A stretch of DNA of 61,339 nucleotides, the filler included. It is 5 parts of 5 records of this genome, joined end to end, with 100 filler letters (N's around TTAATTAATTAA, not from the genome) between each part and the next. Parts side by side here need not be neighbours in the genome. Positions count along the whole stretch, not along the records: positions 35,799 to 44,401 come from SRR20825006_516; positions 44,502 to 52,314 come from SRR20825006_523; 3 more parts are not named here. One strand, 5' to 3'. Position numbers and translations under genes: made by a program. Position 1 is the stretch's first letter. Every line of letters begins with the position of its first letter. Below are positions 37,814-48,717 of this stretch, piece by piece. Under the pieces are notes generated by a model, which saw only the letters and a program-made list of their open reading frames with translations, searched no databases and had not been told where the DNA came from.

Positions 37814-38266
37814 ATGGAGCTAAGCGATCTCTATTCCGAAAAGATCCTCGACCTTGCGGGGAATGCCCCCCAGCCGGGACGGTTGACGACTGCGGACGCC
37901 TCGGCGCGCAAGGTCAGCCGCGTGTGCGGATCGGTGATCGAAGTCGATCTGGTTGTGCGCGATGGCGTGATTGCCGACTATGGCCACGAGATCTCGGCAT
38001 GCGCGCTGGGCCAGACTTCGGCTGCTGTGGTGGCGCGGGAAATCGTTGGGACAACGGTTGGCGACTTCCTCGCGCTGCGCCAAATCATGCATGACATGCT
38101 CAAGTCGGATGGGGCGCTCCCCTCCGGAAAATGGGAAGACCTGAAATATCTCGAACCGGTCAGGGGCTATCCCGCCCGCCACATGTCGACCCTTCTGGTG
38201 TTTGATGCCGTCGCCGCGGCGCTCGAAAAGGTCGAGTCGAACCAATCGGTTGCGGTGACTGGCTGA
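37814..38266 (+). CDS. IscU/NifU-N-like Fe-S scaffold family protein
   Basis: LYS, CGS, ACALGQ, RH motifs. Confidence 0.8.
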   Translation: MELSDLYSEKILDLAGNAPQPGRLTTADASARKVSRVCGSVIEVDLVVRDGVIADYGHEISACALGQTSAAVVAREIVGTTVGDFLALRQIMHDMLKSDGALPSGKWEDLKYLEPVRGYPARHMSTLLVFDAVAAALEKVESNQSVAVTG

Positions 38267-38604
38267 TGGATCGATTCATCACCTTGATGTGGCGAGTCAT
38301 CGACCTGCCGTTCAGGGTCACGGCCATTTTTCTGATCACCCTCTATCGCTACACGCTTTCGGCCTTTGTCGGGCGCACTTGCCGGCATTTGCCGACATGC
38401 TCGGAGTTCACGAGCAGCGCGATCTGGAAATTCGGTTTCTGGCCCGGTGGCTGGATGGGGCTGGCGCGGTTCTGGCGTTGCCGGCCCGGTGGGACACATG
38501 GCTATGATCCGGTGCCGGAGTCCCTGCCGGAAGAGGGGCGGTGGTATCTGCCCTGGCGGTATGGGCGTTGGCGGGGAGAAAAGCATGAGCACGCTAAAGG
38601 GTAG
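38266..38604 (+). CDS. yidD: membrane protein insertion efficiency factor
   Basis: CRHLPTCSE...RFWRCRP.G..GYDPVP. Confidence 0.9.
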   Translation: MDRFITLMWRVIDLPFRVTAIFLITLYRYTLSAFVGRTCRHLPTCSEFTSSAIWKFGFWPGGWMGLARFWRCRPGGTHGYDPVPESLPEEGRWYLPWRYGRWRGEKHEHAKG

Positions 38605-38986
38605 CTGCCTTTGCGGCGCAGTGTCGTATGAAGTCGAAGACGCGTTCGAAGCGGCATTTTATTGCCATTGTTCCCAGTGCCGGCGTGCAACGGGGGCGGC
38701 GTTCAAGCCCATGGCTTCGATCAAGACAGGCAGGCTGCGGCTGACGCAGGGCGAGATGAGCGTCCTTATCTATGGAAATCCCGCGGACACACATGATGTC
38801 CATTGCGGTCAGTGCGGCTCGTTTCTCTATTCGGTGATCGCGCAGAACGGAAACACGCATGTCGCGATGGGCACGCTGGTGGATGATCCGAAGGTTCGAC
38901 CATCGTTTCACATGTTTGTCGGTTCAAAGGCGCCCTGGTACGAGATCACCGACAACCTGCCCCAGTTCGAGGGTTTGCCAGGTTGA
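38585..38986 (+). CDS. GFA/CENP-V family protein
   Basis: GSCLCG, CHCSQCR, CGQCGS. Confidence 0.88.
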   Translation: MSTLKGSCLCGAVSYEVEDAFEAAFYCHCSQCRRATGAAFKPMASIKTGRLRLTQGEMSVLIYGNPADTHDVHCGQCGSFLYSVIAQNGNTHVAMGTLVDDPKVRPSFHMFVGSKAPWYEITDNLPQFEGLPG

Positions 38987-39083
38987 GCGCCAGCTGGAGG
39001 CTGGCATTCGGCTCTTTTCATGCTAAGGCAGCGACCGCGCGCATTGTGGAATGCGTGACAACCCAATTTCATGGAGACTTCAA

Positions 39084-41075
39084 ATGTCGATCAAGGTGAC
39101 TTTCCCCGATGGTGCTGCTCGCGACTATTCGCGCGGCACTACCGGCACCGAGATCGTGGAAGGGATCTCCAAATCGCTGGCCAAGAAAACGGTCGCGATG
39201 CGCTGGAACGGCGTACTTTCGGACCTTTCCGATGCACTGGACGCTGACGGCAGGATCGAATTCGTCACGCGTGATAGTGGCTCGCAGGACGTGCTGGAGC
39301 TGATCCGGCACGATGCTGCGCACGTGCTGGCCGAGGCCGTGCAGGAGCTGTGGCCGGAGACGCAGGTGACGATCGGGCCTGTGATCGAGAACGGCTTTTA
39401 TTACGACTTCTATCGCCCGGCCGGTCCATTTACCGAGGACGAGCTGCGCGTCATCGAAAAGAAAATGGGCGAGATCATCGAGCGCGGCGCTGCCTTCACC
39501 AAGGAAGTGTGGAGCCGCGACCAGGCCAAGGACTGGTTCGAGACCAAGGGCGAAGCCTTTAAGGTGGAACTGGTTGACGCCATTCCGGCCGACCAATCGA
39601 TCAAGATGTATGCTCAGGGGCAGTGGAAGGACCTTTGCCGTGGTCCGCATATGCGTACGGTCAAGGATGTCGGCCAGGCCTTCAAGCTGACCAAGGTGGC
39701 CGGTGCCTATTGGCGCGGTGACAGCAATCGCGAAGTGCTCAGCCGCATCTATGGCACTGCCTTTGCGACCAGGGACGAGCTCGAAGCCTATCTCACGATG
39801 ATGGAGGAGGCCGAGAAGCGCGACCATCGCAAGATCGGCCGCGATCTCGACCTGTTCCACCTGCAGGAGGAAGCGCAGGGCTCGGTGTTCTGGCACCCGC
39901 GCGGCTTCGTGATCTACAATCAGATGGAAGCTTATATTCGTCGGCGCCTGGACAAATCGGGTTATCAGGAGGTCAAGACGCCTCAACTGATGCACGCAAA
40001 ATTCTGGGAACAGTCGGGGCATTGGGGCAAGTACCGCGAAAACATGTTCGTCGTGCCGGACGAAATCCCCAATACCGAGGAAGAAGGTCCAGTCGTTTCG
40101 GGCGATGTCGATTATCTCGCGCTCAAGCCGATGAACTGCCCGGCGCATGTGCAGATCTTCAACCAGGGCATCAAATCCTATCGCGATCTGCCTCTGCGCA
40201 TGGCGGAATTTGGCTGCTGCCATCGCAATGAGGCCCATGGCGCCCTGCATGGGCTGATGCGCGTGCGGCAGATGACGCAGGACGATGCACATATCTTCTG
40301 TCGCGAGGACCAGATTCAGTCCGAGACCGAGCACTTCGTGCATCTGCTGTATTCAGTCTATGGCCACATGGGCTTCGATAATGTCGTGATCAAGCTCGCC
40401 ACGCGTCCCGACAAGTTCGGTGGCACCATCGAGCGCTGGGATGCGGCCGAGAAGGCGCTGGGCGATGCGCTGCGCGCCACCGGCTATGATTTCGAGATCG
40501 CCGAGGGCGAGGGGGCCTTCTATGCGCCCAAGCTGGAGTTCCATTTGAAGGATGCCATTGGCCGTTCCTGGCAGGTGGGCACGCTGCAGCTCGACTATGT
40601 GCTGCCCGAGCGGCTCGACGCGACCTATGTGGCCGAGGATGGCTCGCGCCAATATGCGGTCATGCTGCACCGGGCGATCCTTGGTTCGCTGGAGCGGTTC
40701 ATCGGTATTCTGATCGAGAACTATGCGGGCAAGATGCCGATGTGGCTGGCCCCGACGCAGGTGGTGGTGGCCACAATCGTTTCGGAAGCAGACGAGTATG
40801 CCGAAAAGCTGGTGCGCCAGCTTCGGGATGCCGGCATCAGGGCCGAGATCGACACCCGTAACGAGAAGATCAACTACAAGGTGCGCGAGCACTCGGTGCA
40901 GAAGGTGCCGCTGATGTTTGTCGTTGGTCGACGTGAGGCCGAAGAAGGGACAGTCTCGGTGCGCCGCCTGGGCACGGAAGGTCAGAAGGTCGAGCCCTTC
41001 ATGGACGCGCTGGTGGCCCTGATGACCGAGGCGACCCCGCCTGATCTCAAGGACGCCGCTGAAAAGGCCGCCTGA
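39084..41075 (+). CDS. thrS: threonine--tRNA ligase
   Basis: DLCRGPH, KRDHRK, KPMNCP, HRAILGSLERF. Confidence 0.97.
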   Translation: MSIKVTFPDGAARDYSRGTTGTEIVEGISKSLAKKTVAMRWNGVLSDLSDALDADGRIEFVTRDSGSQDVLELIRHDAAHVLAEAVQELWPETQVTIGPVIENGFYYDFYRPAGPFTEDELRVIEKKMGEIIERGAAFTKEVWSRDQAKDWFETKGEAFKVELVDAIPADQSIKMYAQGQWKDLCRGPHMRTVKDVGQAFKLTKVAGAYWRGDSNREVLSRIYGTAFATRDELEAYLTMMEEAEKRDHRKIGRDLDLFHLQEEAQGSVFWHPRGFVIYNQMEAYIRRRLDKSGYQEVKTPQLMHAKFWEQSGHWGKYRENMFVVPDEIPNTEEEGPVVSGDVDYLALKPMNCPAHVQIFNQGIKSYRDLPLRMAEFGCCHRNEAHGALHGLMRVRQMTQDDAHIFCREDQIQSETEHFVHLLYSVYGHMGFDNVVIKLATRPDKFGGTIERWDAAEKALGDALRATGYDFEIAEGEGAFYAPKLEFHLKDAIGRSWQVGTLQLDYVLPERLDATYVAEDGSRQYAVMLHRAILGSLERFIGILIENYAGKMPMWLAPTQVVVATIVSEADEYAEKLVRQLRDAGIRAEIDTRNEKINYKVREHSVQKVPLMFVVGRREAEEGTVSVRRLGTEGQKVEPFMDALVALMTEATPPDLKDAAEKAA

Positions 41076-41299
41076 TGCCGCAGCGTCCGTCCAATCGTGA
41101 GATGAAGGCGCTCTATCATCTGGGCGAGGCCAATGTGCTTGGCCCAGATGACTTCAAGGATATCGGCGAAAAGGTTTTCGCCGTGATGCTGAAGAAAAAA
41201 TGGGTCGAAGAGGTGGAGCCCGGCAAATTCCGAACCACCGAAAAGGGTCGCGTCATCCATGACGAGGAAGTCTGGTTCGCGGGCCGCTCGAAGCGCTGA
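41075..41299 (+). CDS. small hypothetical protein, possible winged helix (74 aa)
   Basis: TGATG coupling to thrS; KKWVE....FRTTEKG pattern. Confidence 0.6.
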   Translation: MPQRPSNREMKALYHLGEANVLGPDDFKDIGEKVFAVMLKKKWVEEVEPGKFRTTEKGRVIHDEEVWFAGRSKR

Positions 41300-41323
41300 A
41301 GACAAAAAAGGAATGGGTGAGGC

Positions 41324-41755
41324 ATGGCTGAGCCAATTCATATCACCCGCTCCCTCAGTATCGATCCGTCGGAGATCGAGGAGAGCTTTGTGCGCGCCTC
41401 GGGGCCCGGCGGGCAAAACGTCAACAAGGTCGCGAGCGCGGTACAGTTGCGCTTCAATCTTGCGGCCAATACCAGCCTGCCAGAGCCGGTAAAGCGGCGC
41501 GTGGCCAGCTTGGCAGGGAGCCGACTGACCAAGGATGGTGTCATCGTCATCACGGCGAACAGCCATCGCGACCAGCCCCTTAACCGGGCTGATGCTCTTG
41601 AACGCCTGGTGGCTTTGCTGCGCGCGGGCGTGTTTGTGCCCAAGCCGCGAATTGCCACGCGCCCGACACTGGCATCAAAGAAACGTCGACTGGACAAGAA
41701 GACCAATCGCAGCGTCGTCAAGCGCATGCGTTCTCGACCGGGTGACTCAGACTAG
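41324..41755 (+). CDS. arfB: alternative ribosome-rescue peptidyl-tRNA hydrolase
   Basis: GPGGQNVNKV; basic C-terminal tail. Confidence 0.92.
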   Translation: MAEPIHITRSLSIDPSEIEESFVRASGPGGQNVNKVASAVQLRFNLAANTSLPEPVKRRVASLAGSRLTKDGVIVITANSHRDQPLNRADALERLVALLRAGVFVPKPRIATRPTLASKKRRLDKKTNRSVVKRMRSRPGDSD

Positions 41756-41901
41756 TGCCCGTGGATGCTGGTTCGCTATGATCGTGCGTATTACGTCATA
41801 GAACTGATTAGAAAGTGGTGCTTTGCTGGCCGCGGGCGGCCTGGAATCGAAGTGAGCATTCAGTCAGAGCGTCCGGACAGGCTTGAACGGAGAATGACCC
41901 T

Positions 41902-43248
41902 GTGAAAATCGCAGTCGTGGGATCAGGTTATGTGGGGCTCGTTACGGGCGTTTGCCTAGCCGATTTTGGTCATGAAGTCGTCTGTATCGACAAGGATCAG
42001 GCCAAGATCGCGTTCCTCGAAAAGGGTGCAATACCAATCTATGAGCCCGGACTTTCGGAACTGGCCAATGCGAATATCGTGTCGGGGCGGCTCGCCTTCT
42101 CAACCGATCTCGGCGGCGCCGTCAGCCAGGCAGATGTCGTTTTTATTGCTGTCGGCACGCCCAGTCGGCGCGGAGATGGCCACGCCGATCTGAGCTATGT
42201 CTACGCCGCCACTCGAGAAATCGCGCAGGCTCTGTCAGGCTTTACCGTGGTTGTGACCAAGTCCACGGTTCCTGTGGGAACGGGCGATGAGGTTGCCCAT
42301 ATCATAAAGACCGACAATCCGCAGGCCGATGTTGCAGTGGTCTCAAATCCTGAATTCCTGCGCGAAGGCGCGGCTATCGAGGATTTCAAGCGGCCGGACC
42401 GGATTGTCATCGGCATCGACGACGAGCGCGCGCGCGAGGTGATGACGGAGGTCTATCGCCCGCTCTATCTCAATCAGGCGCCGCTGCTGTTCACTGACCG
42501 CCGGACGGCCGAGCTGACCAAATATGCAGCCAATGCGTTTCTGGCGATGAAGATCACCTTCATTAATGAGGTCGCGGATCTGTGCGAAGCCACCGGAGCC
42601 AATGTGCAGGAGGTGGCCCGCGGCATCGGGCTCGACAATCGTATCGGATCGAAGTTCCTCCATGCTGGGCCTGGCTATGGAGGGTCTTGCTTTCCCAAGG
42701 ACACGGCGGCGCTGGTCAAGATCGGGCAGGATTTTGGCAGTGCCATGCGCCTGGTGGAAACCACGGTCTCGATCAACGATCAGCGCAAGCGGAGCATGGC
42801 GCGAAAGATTGTTGCGGCCTGTGGCGGCGATGTGCGTGGGCGGACCATCGGAATACTGGGCCTGACCTTCAAGCCCAATACCGACGACATGCGCGAAGCG
42901 CCGTCGCTTGATGTCATTCGCGGCCTGCAAGATCGCGGGGCCAGGATCGTCGCGTTCGACCCGCATGGCATGGAGGCGGCGCGCGGGCTGACGGAAGATG
43001 TCCAGTTCGCCGACAGTGCCTATGATGTTGCCGATGGCGCTGACGCCGTGGTGCTGATCACCGAATGGAACGAGTTTCGTTCATTGGACCTAGCTCGCCT
43101 CAAATCGGCAATGCGCATGCCTGTGTTCGTGGATCTGCGCAATGTCTACAGGCCGCACGAGCTGCGCCGCCATGGTTTCAGCTATGTCAGTATTGGGCGG
43201 CCAGAGCAGGACCTAAAGGGTTCCGCCCTCACTGACGCGGCCGAATGA
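41902..43248 (+). CDS. ugd: UDP-glucose 6-dehydrogenase
   Basis: GSGYVG, SNPEFLREG, GYGGSCFPKD, FKPNTDDMRE. Confidence 0.93.
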   Translation: MKIAVVGSGYVGLVTGVCLADFGHEVVCIDKDQAKIAFLEKGAIPIYEPGLSELANANIVSGRLAFSTDLGGAVSQADVVFIAVGTPSRRGDGHADLSYVYAATREIAQALSGFTVVVTKSTVPVGTGDEVAHIIKTDNPQADVAVVSNPEFLREGAAIEDFKRPDRIVIGIDDERAREVMTEVYRPLYLNQAPLLFTDRRTAELTKYAANAFLAMKITFINEVADLCEATGANVQEVARGIGLDNRIGSKFLHAGPGYGGSCFPKDTAALVKIGQDFGSAMRLVETTVSINDQRKRSMARKIVAACGGDVRGRTIGILGLTFKPNTDDMREAPSLDVIRGLQDRGARIVAFDPHGMEAARGLTEDVQFADSAYDVADGADAVVLITEWNEFRSLDLARLKSAMRMPVFVDLRNVYRPHELRRHGFSYVSIGRPEQDLKGSALTDAAE

Positions 43249-43262
43249 TGCTATAGAAAGGC

Positions 43263-44276
43263 ATGGGGTTGCGGATTCTCGTCACCGGTGCGGCCGGTTT
43301 CATCGGCTATCATCTCAGTCAGAGCCTGTTGGCGGACGGACATACGGTCCATGGCCTGGATGCGCTCACCAGCTATTATGATCCGGCGCTCAAGCGGACG
43401 CGGCTGGATCTGTTGCAGCGACAGAAAGGCTTTGATTTTGGCCAAGTCGACCTGACCGATGCGGCGGCGCTTGAGGGCTTTGTCGACGAGGCTGGAGCCG
43501 AGGTCGTGTTCCACCTGGCAGCGCAACCCGGCGTCCGCTACAGCATTGAAAATCCGCAGAGCTACATTCAATCAAATGTGGTTGGTACGGCCAATCTCCT
43601 TGAGGCGCTGCGCAAGCATCCGCCGAAGCACCTGATCTTTGCGTCTACCAGTTCGGTCTATGGTGGCAATCCGACGATGCCCTACGCAGAAATTGATCGG
43701 GCCGACTCACCGCTTTCGCTCTATGCCGCGACCAAGAAGTCGGGCGAGGCGCTGGTGCATTCCTATTCGCACCTTTGGTCGATCCCTTCGACCTGTGTGC
43801 GGTTCTTCACCGTCTATGGTCCTTATGGCCGGCCGGATATGGCCATTCTGAAGTTCGCCCATGCCCTTGCTGCGGGCGATCCCATTGATGTTTATGGCCA
43901 TGGGCGCATGCGGCGCGATTTCACCTATGTCTCGGACCTGGTGACGACGATGGTGGCAATCATGGACAGGCCGCCTGTTTTGGGGCAATCGGTGGCTGGA
44001 GACAGCCTTTCGGCGGTGGCCCCATATCGGCTGCTCAATATTGGCGGCGGCCGTCCAGTCGAGTTGATGGATTTCATTGCGGCTCTCGAGCGTGCCATGG
44101 GCATCAAGGCCAAGCTCAATATGTTGCCTATGCAGCCGGGCGATGTGGTTGCTACCCAAGCGGACACGGCGCTTTTACAGACGCTGATCGGCCAGTTGCC
44201 CAATACCCCATTGGACGAGGGGATCGACCGCTTCGTCAGCTGGTTCCGTGACCATGCCCTGAAGACGGCGCGCTAG
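43263..44276 (+). CDS. NAD-dependent epimerase (UDP-glucuronate 4-epimerase-like)
   Basis: TGAAGFIG, HLAAQPGVRYS, YAATK, RFFTVYGP.GRPDM. Confidence 0.88.
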   Translation: MGLRILVTGAAGFIGYHLSQSLLADGHTVHGLDALTSYYDPALKRTRLDLLQRQKGFDFGQVDLTDAAALEGFVDEAGAEVVFHLAAQPGVRYSIENPQSYIQSNVVGTANLLEALRKHPPKHLIFASTSSVYGGNPTMPYAEIDRADSPLSLYAATKKSGEALVHSYSHLWSIPSTCVRFFTVYGPYGRPDMAILKFAHALAAGDPIDVYGHGRMRRDFTYVSDLVTTMVAIMDRPPVLGQSVAGDSLSAVAPYRLLNIGGGRPVELMDFIAALERAMGIKAKLNMLPMQPGDVVATQADTALLQTLIGQLPNTPLDEGIDRFVSWFRDHALKTAR

Positions 44277-44401
44277 ATGAGCCAGTCTAGTCTCAAGTTC
44301 GGAACCAGCGGCTTGCGCGGCCTGGCGGTCGAGTTGCAGGGGCAGGCGGCCCGCCAGTATACGGCGGCATTCCTGCGCTACCTCGGTCAGAATACCGAGG
44401 C
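44277..44401 (+). CDS. phosphomannomutase, 3'-truncated
   Basis: Hand-translated MSQSSLKFGTSGLRG. Confidence 0.8.
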
Positions 44402-44501
44402 NNNNNNNNNNNNNNNNNNNNNNNNNNNNNNNNNNNNNNNNNNNNTTAATTAATTAANNNNNNNNNNNNNNNNNNNNNNNNNNNNNNNNNNNNNNNNNNN
44501 N
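44402..44501. other. artificial contig spacer
   Basis: N run with TTAATTAATTAA. Confidence 0.99.
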
Positions 44502-45400
44502 GTGCTGGTGCCGTGCGCGTTGATGTAATCAACCGGACCCTCGACGTCTTTCAGTGCCATCTGCATGCACCGCACGCCGCCCTCGCCGGAAGGCGCAACC
44601 ATGTCGGCGCCGTCGGATGTGGCACCGTAGCCGACAATCTCGCCGTAGATCTTGGCGCCGCGTGCCTTGGCATGCTCGAGTTCCTCGAGGATGAGGACGC
44701 CGCCGCCGCCGGAGATGACGAAGCCGTCGCGATTGGCGTCATACGCGCGCGATGCCTTGTCCGGCGTGTCGTTATATTTCGAGGAGAGCGCGCCCATGGC
44801 GTCGAACAGGACGGACAGCGTCCAGTGCAGCTCTTCACCGCCGCCGGCCAGCATGACATCCTGTTTGCCCATCTGGATCAGCTCGTAGGCATTGCCGACA
44901 CAGTGCGAGCTGGTCGAGCAGGCGGACGAGATGGAATAGCTCAGACCCTTGATCTTGAAGGCGGTCGACAGGGTCGCGGAATTGGTGCTGCACATGACAC
45001 GCGGCACCATGTAGGGGCCGACGCGCTTCGGACCCTTTTCCCGGGCCGTGTCGAAGGCCTGCATCATGTTGGAGGTGGAGGGGCCGCCGGACCCCATGAC
45101 CATGCCGGTCATCGGGTTGCTGACATCGGCGGTCTCCAGGCCCGCATCCTCTATGGCCTGCTGGGCCGCGATGTAATTGTAGGCCGCGCCGTTGCCCATG
45201 AAGCGCATCAGCTTCCGGTCGATATGTTCCGACGGGTCCAGCTTGATGGAGCCATGGACGTGGGAGCGGAAACCAAGATCGGCATAGTCTGGTGCGAATT
45301 CGATACCGGATTTGCCGGTGCGCAGGGAAGCGGTCACTTCCTCGGCGTTGTTGCCGATGCTGGAGACGATCCCGAGCCCGGTGACGACGACGCGACGCAT
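44502..45400 (-). CDS. fabB: beta-ketoacyl-ACP synthase I, 3'-truncated
   Basis: [23 protein letters not shown]; downstream of fabA. Confidence 0.93.
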
Positions 45401-45401
45401 A

Positions 45402-45935
45402 TCAATTTGCCCCTTCGGTTGCCGTGTTCTGGAAAAGTCCGACGCGAATATCCTTGGCCTCGAAGACCGTGACGCCATCGCATTCAACGCGGCCGTCGGC
45501 GATCCCCATATAAAGCTTGCGCATGATAACGCGCTTCAGATCCAGCGTGTAGGTCAGCAGCTTTGCGGACGGCAGCACCTGACCGGAAAATTTCACTTCG
45601 CCGACCGAGATTGCGCGGCCGGATCCCGGACCGCCCATCCAGCCGAGCGTGAAGCCGAGCAGCTGCCAGAGGGCGTCCATGCCGAGGCAGCCCGGCATCA
45701 CCGGGTCGCCGACGAAATGACAATCGAAGAACCAGAGGTCCGGCTTGATGTCGTACTCGGCCGTGACCGAGCCCTTGTCATAGGCCCCGCCGCTGGTCGA
45801 GAGATTGGTGATACGGTCGAACATCAGCATCGGTGGCATCGGAAGTTGCGCATTCCCGGGGCCGAAAAGCTCTCCCTTGGCGCATTTGATCAGGTCTTCG
45901 TACCCGAAGCTGTTCTTTTCCTTGAAGTCCAACAA
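45402..45935 (-). CDS. fabA: 3-hydroxydecanoyl-ACP dehydratase/isomerase
   Basis: [33 protein letters not shown] start. Confidence 0.95.
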   Translation of the reverse strand: MLDFKEKNSFGYEDLIKCAKGELFGPGNAQLPMPPMLMFDRITNLSTSGGAYDKGSVTAEYDIKPDLWFFDCHFVGDPVMPGCLGMDALWQLLGFTLGWMGGPGSGRAISVGEVKFSGQVLPSAKLLTYTLDLKRVIMRKLYMGIADGRVECDGVTVFEAKDIRVGLFQNTATEGAN

Positions 45936-46186
45936 TGCCGTTCCTTCCCGTACGCCAGCGCTTGTCGTCAGGCGGGACCCTGTCTGGTCCCATGATAGAC
46001 TGCAACCGCGCGACCGCGCCATCTCTCACATTTCATGCACCGCCTACCCTAAATATGGTGGTGAGTGCAAGCAATCAGGTGGAGTGTGATACCCGATGAC
46101 TTGACATATGGGGCGGATTAACGCTCTTTCTTATGATTGATGTGCCCGAGCGACGAAACCCCGAGAGACCGAATGGAAGACCGGGA

Positions 46187-46636
46187 ATGAGCAGTGCAGA
46201 AACCCCTAGTGAAACGCAGAGCCTGGGCGATATGCAGAGCCTGTCCGGCCGCCTGACGCGGGCCGGATTGCGCCCGACGCGTCAGCGTCTCGCACTCGCG
46301 GACCTGCTGTATGCTGCGGGCGATCGCCACGTGACGGCGGAGCAGCTTCACAAGGAAGCTGGTGAAGCCGGGATCGCGGTCTCGCTTGCCACTGTTTATA
46401 ACACGCTGCACCAGTTCACCGGATCCGGCCTGCTGCGCGAAGTTGTCGTGGAATCCGGCCGTTCGTATTTCGATACGAACACCACGGATCATCATCACTT
46501 CTTCGTCGAGGACGAGTTGCGGCTGACGGATATTCCGGCGGAACGGGTTGGTTTCGTGAACCTGCCGGACGCTCCGGAAGGCACGGAGATCGAGCGGGTC
46601 GACCTGATCATCCGCCTGAAGGCGAAAGAGCTTTAG
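46187..46636 (+). CDS. irr: Fur-family iron response regulator
   Basis: GLRPTRQR, SLATVYNTLHQF, HHH motif; divergent from fabA; start uncertain. Confidence 0.85.
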   Translation: MSSAETPSETQSLGDMQSLSGRLTRAGLRPTRQRLALADLLYAAGDRHVTAEQLHKEAGEAGIAVSLATVYNTLHQFTGSGLLREVVVESGRSYFDTNTTDHHHFFVEDELRLTDIPAERVGFVNLPDAPEGTEIERVDLIIRLKAKEL

Positions 46637-46676
46637 GGCGGATCAAAAGTCCGTGTGTTTCTAGCGCCCTCTGCCC

Positions 46677-47195
46677 CTAGCGCAACGACTCGTCTACCCG
46701 TATTCCCCAGATCGCCGACCTGTGTACCCAGCCGCTGAGGCCGGACACTTCGATCTCGCACCATTCCTGCGCGCAGCTTTCCAGCCAGGCGATCACGCCG
46801 GGCTCCAGATGCGCCACGGCCGGGGAGCTGTCCGCCGACTCACGCCGGAGTGTCCGGTTGCGGCCAATCACCAGCACGGAGCGGCGGCCGGACAGCATGC
46901 TCTGATGCACCCAGCCCTCGGTGCCTTCGAAATCCCGGACCTTCCGCCAGTTCTCGAATTCGGAGACGATCTCGACCGGCATGTTCTCCCGCACGAACAC
47001 CCAGTCCACCGGATAGCGCACGCCGGGGCCGGTCCGGACATTGACCTCTTCCGCCTGGAGCGTGACGTAGCGGGGGATCGGCAGGCCGGTCACGCTGCCC
47101 ACGGTCTCCGCCCGCGCCGCCGTGTTCAGGCCGGCAAGCAGGGATGTTGGCACGATCAGCAGGGCGAGGATCAGCGAGAGCGGTTTCAGAAACAT
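46677..47195 (-). CDS. bacterial SH3-domain exported protein
   Basis: Signal peptide; TGLPIPRYV, VNVRTGPG, two GWVH repeats. Confidence 0.85.
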   Translation of the reverse strand: MFLKPLSLILALLIVPTSLLAGLNTAARAETVGSVTGLPIPRYVTLQAEEVNVRTGPGVRYPVDWVFVRENMPVEIVSEFENWRKVRDFEGTEGWVHQSMLSGRRSVLVIGRNRTLRRESADSSPAVAHLEPGVIAWLESCAQEWCEIEVSGLSGWVHRSAIWGIRVDESLR

Positions 47196-47355
47196 GGTGC
47201 GTATCCCGGAATGAGAGCCCATCCTACCACTACAATTGGGGTGGAGTAAGAGGGCGCGCCGCTATATAGCGGAGATACTTGCCGCTTTGTGGACAATTCA
47301 CCGGGCGCCTGATATTTCCCGGAAGAACAGGGTATCGGGGCGAAGGATAAATCCC

Positions 47356-48342
47356 ATGACAACCAGCAAGCCGCTTGTCATCGTCACGCGGAAGCTACCG
47401 GATCCGGTGGAAACCCGGATGATGGAGCTGTTCGATACGCGGCTGAACATGACGGACGAGCCATTCTCCCGGGATCAGCTCAAGGCCGCCATGGCCGAGG
47501 CGGACATCCTGATCCCGACCGTGACCGACAAGCTCGACGCGAAACTGATTGAGGAAGCCGGCCCGGCCCTGAAGCTGATTGCCTCTTTCGGCACCGGTGT
47601 CGATCATATCGATGTGCCCGCGGCCAAGAAGAAAGGTATCGTCGTCACCAACACCCCGGGCGTGCTGACCGAGGATACGGCGGACATGACCATGGCGCTG
47701 ATCCTTTCGGTGCCGCGCCGTCTGGTCGAGGGCGAAAAGCTGGTGCGTTCCGGAAAATGGGAAGGCTGGGGGCCGACGGTGATGCTCGGGCACCGGATCC
47801 ACGGCAAGCGCCTTGGCATCATCGGCATGGGTCGGATCGGTCAGGCCGTTGCGAAGCGGGCCCGCGGCTTCGGGCTGTCGATCCATTATCACAACCGCCG
47901 CCGCCTGCATCCGGAGACGGAGCAGGAGCTGGAAGCGACCTATTGGGACAATCTGGACCAGATGCTGTCCCGGATGGATATCGTTTCGGTGAATTGCCCG
48001 CGTACGCCCGCCACCTATCACATGCTGAATGCGCGGCGGCTCTCGCTGCTGCAGCCGCACGCCTATCTGGTCAACACCTCGCGCGGCGAGGTGGTGGACG
48101 AGGAAGCGTTGGTGCAGGCGCTGTCTAACCGGGATTTCGCGGGCGCGGGCCTCGATGTTTTCGAGCACGAGCCGCAGGTCGATCCAAAGCTGCTGAAGCT
48201 GTCCAATGTCGTGCTGCTGCCGCATATGGGCTCGGCGACGATCGAGGGACGGATCGATATGGGGGAAAAGGTGATCGTGAACGTGAAGACGTTCGTCGAT
48301 GGCCACCGGCCGCCGGACAGGGTGTTAGAGCTCGAGTTCTGA
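47356..48342 (+). CDS. D-isomer 2-hydroxyacid dehydrogenase (glyoxylate reductase-like)
   Basis: GIIGMGRIG, NTSRG, GLDVFEHEP, PHMGS. Confidence 0.9.
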   Translation: MTTSKPLVIVTRKLPDPVETRMMELFDTRLNMTDEPFSRDQLKAAMAEADILIPTVTDKLDAKLIEEAGPALKLIASFGTGVDHIDVPAAKKKGIVVTNTPGVLTEDTADMTMALILSVPRRLVEGEKLVRSGKWEGWGPTVMLGHRIHGKRLGIIGMGRIGQAVAKRARGFGLSIHYHNRRRLHPETEQELEATYWDNLDQMLSRMDIVSVNCPRTPATYHMLNARRLSLLQPHAYLVNTSRGEVVDEEALVQALSNRDFAGAGLDVFEHEPQVDPKLLKLSNVVLLPHMGSATIEGRIDMGEKVIVNVKTFVDGHRPPDRVLELEF

Positions 48343-48361
48343 GTGCTTCAGCCTAAAGGGA

Positions 48362-48541
48362 TCAGTGACCGAAAAAGGCACTGGCATCGCCGGAGCCAAC
48401 CATCACGCCGACCAGTACCAGGCTGAATACAATGGTGAGGCCGAGAAGGGGCAGACCCCAGGACCCGCTGGCCTGGAGATCGGCTTCGCTTGGCACCACG
48501 CCGTTGCCGCCGTTTCGTTTTTTTGATTTGCGCCCATTCAT
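48362..48541 (-). CDS. small single-TM protein, 59 aa (MNGRKSKKRNGG...LLGLTIVFSLVLVGVMVG...FFGH)
   Basis: Hand-translated; GGGAG RBS; basic N-terminus then a hydrophobic helix. Confidence 0.55.
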   Translation of the reverse strand: MNGRKSKKRNGGNGVVPSEADLQASGSWGLPLLGLTIVFSLVLVGVMVGSGDASAFFGH

Positions 48542-48717
48542 TAGTTCTTACTCTCCCGGATCGCTCCGAACTTCACCCGATTGCGAAATCAGCGATCTCA
48601 TCATTATGCTCACTTGATATGTAAACATATGGTAACCGATCGGATTATTTCCAATCCGTTATCGATTGTTACAGTGGCATATGACACATGCCGATCAGGA
48701 CCGAATTAAGGCGAAGA

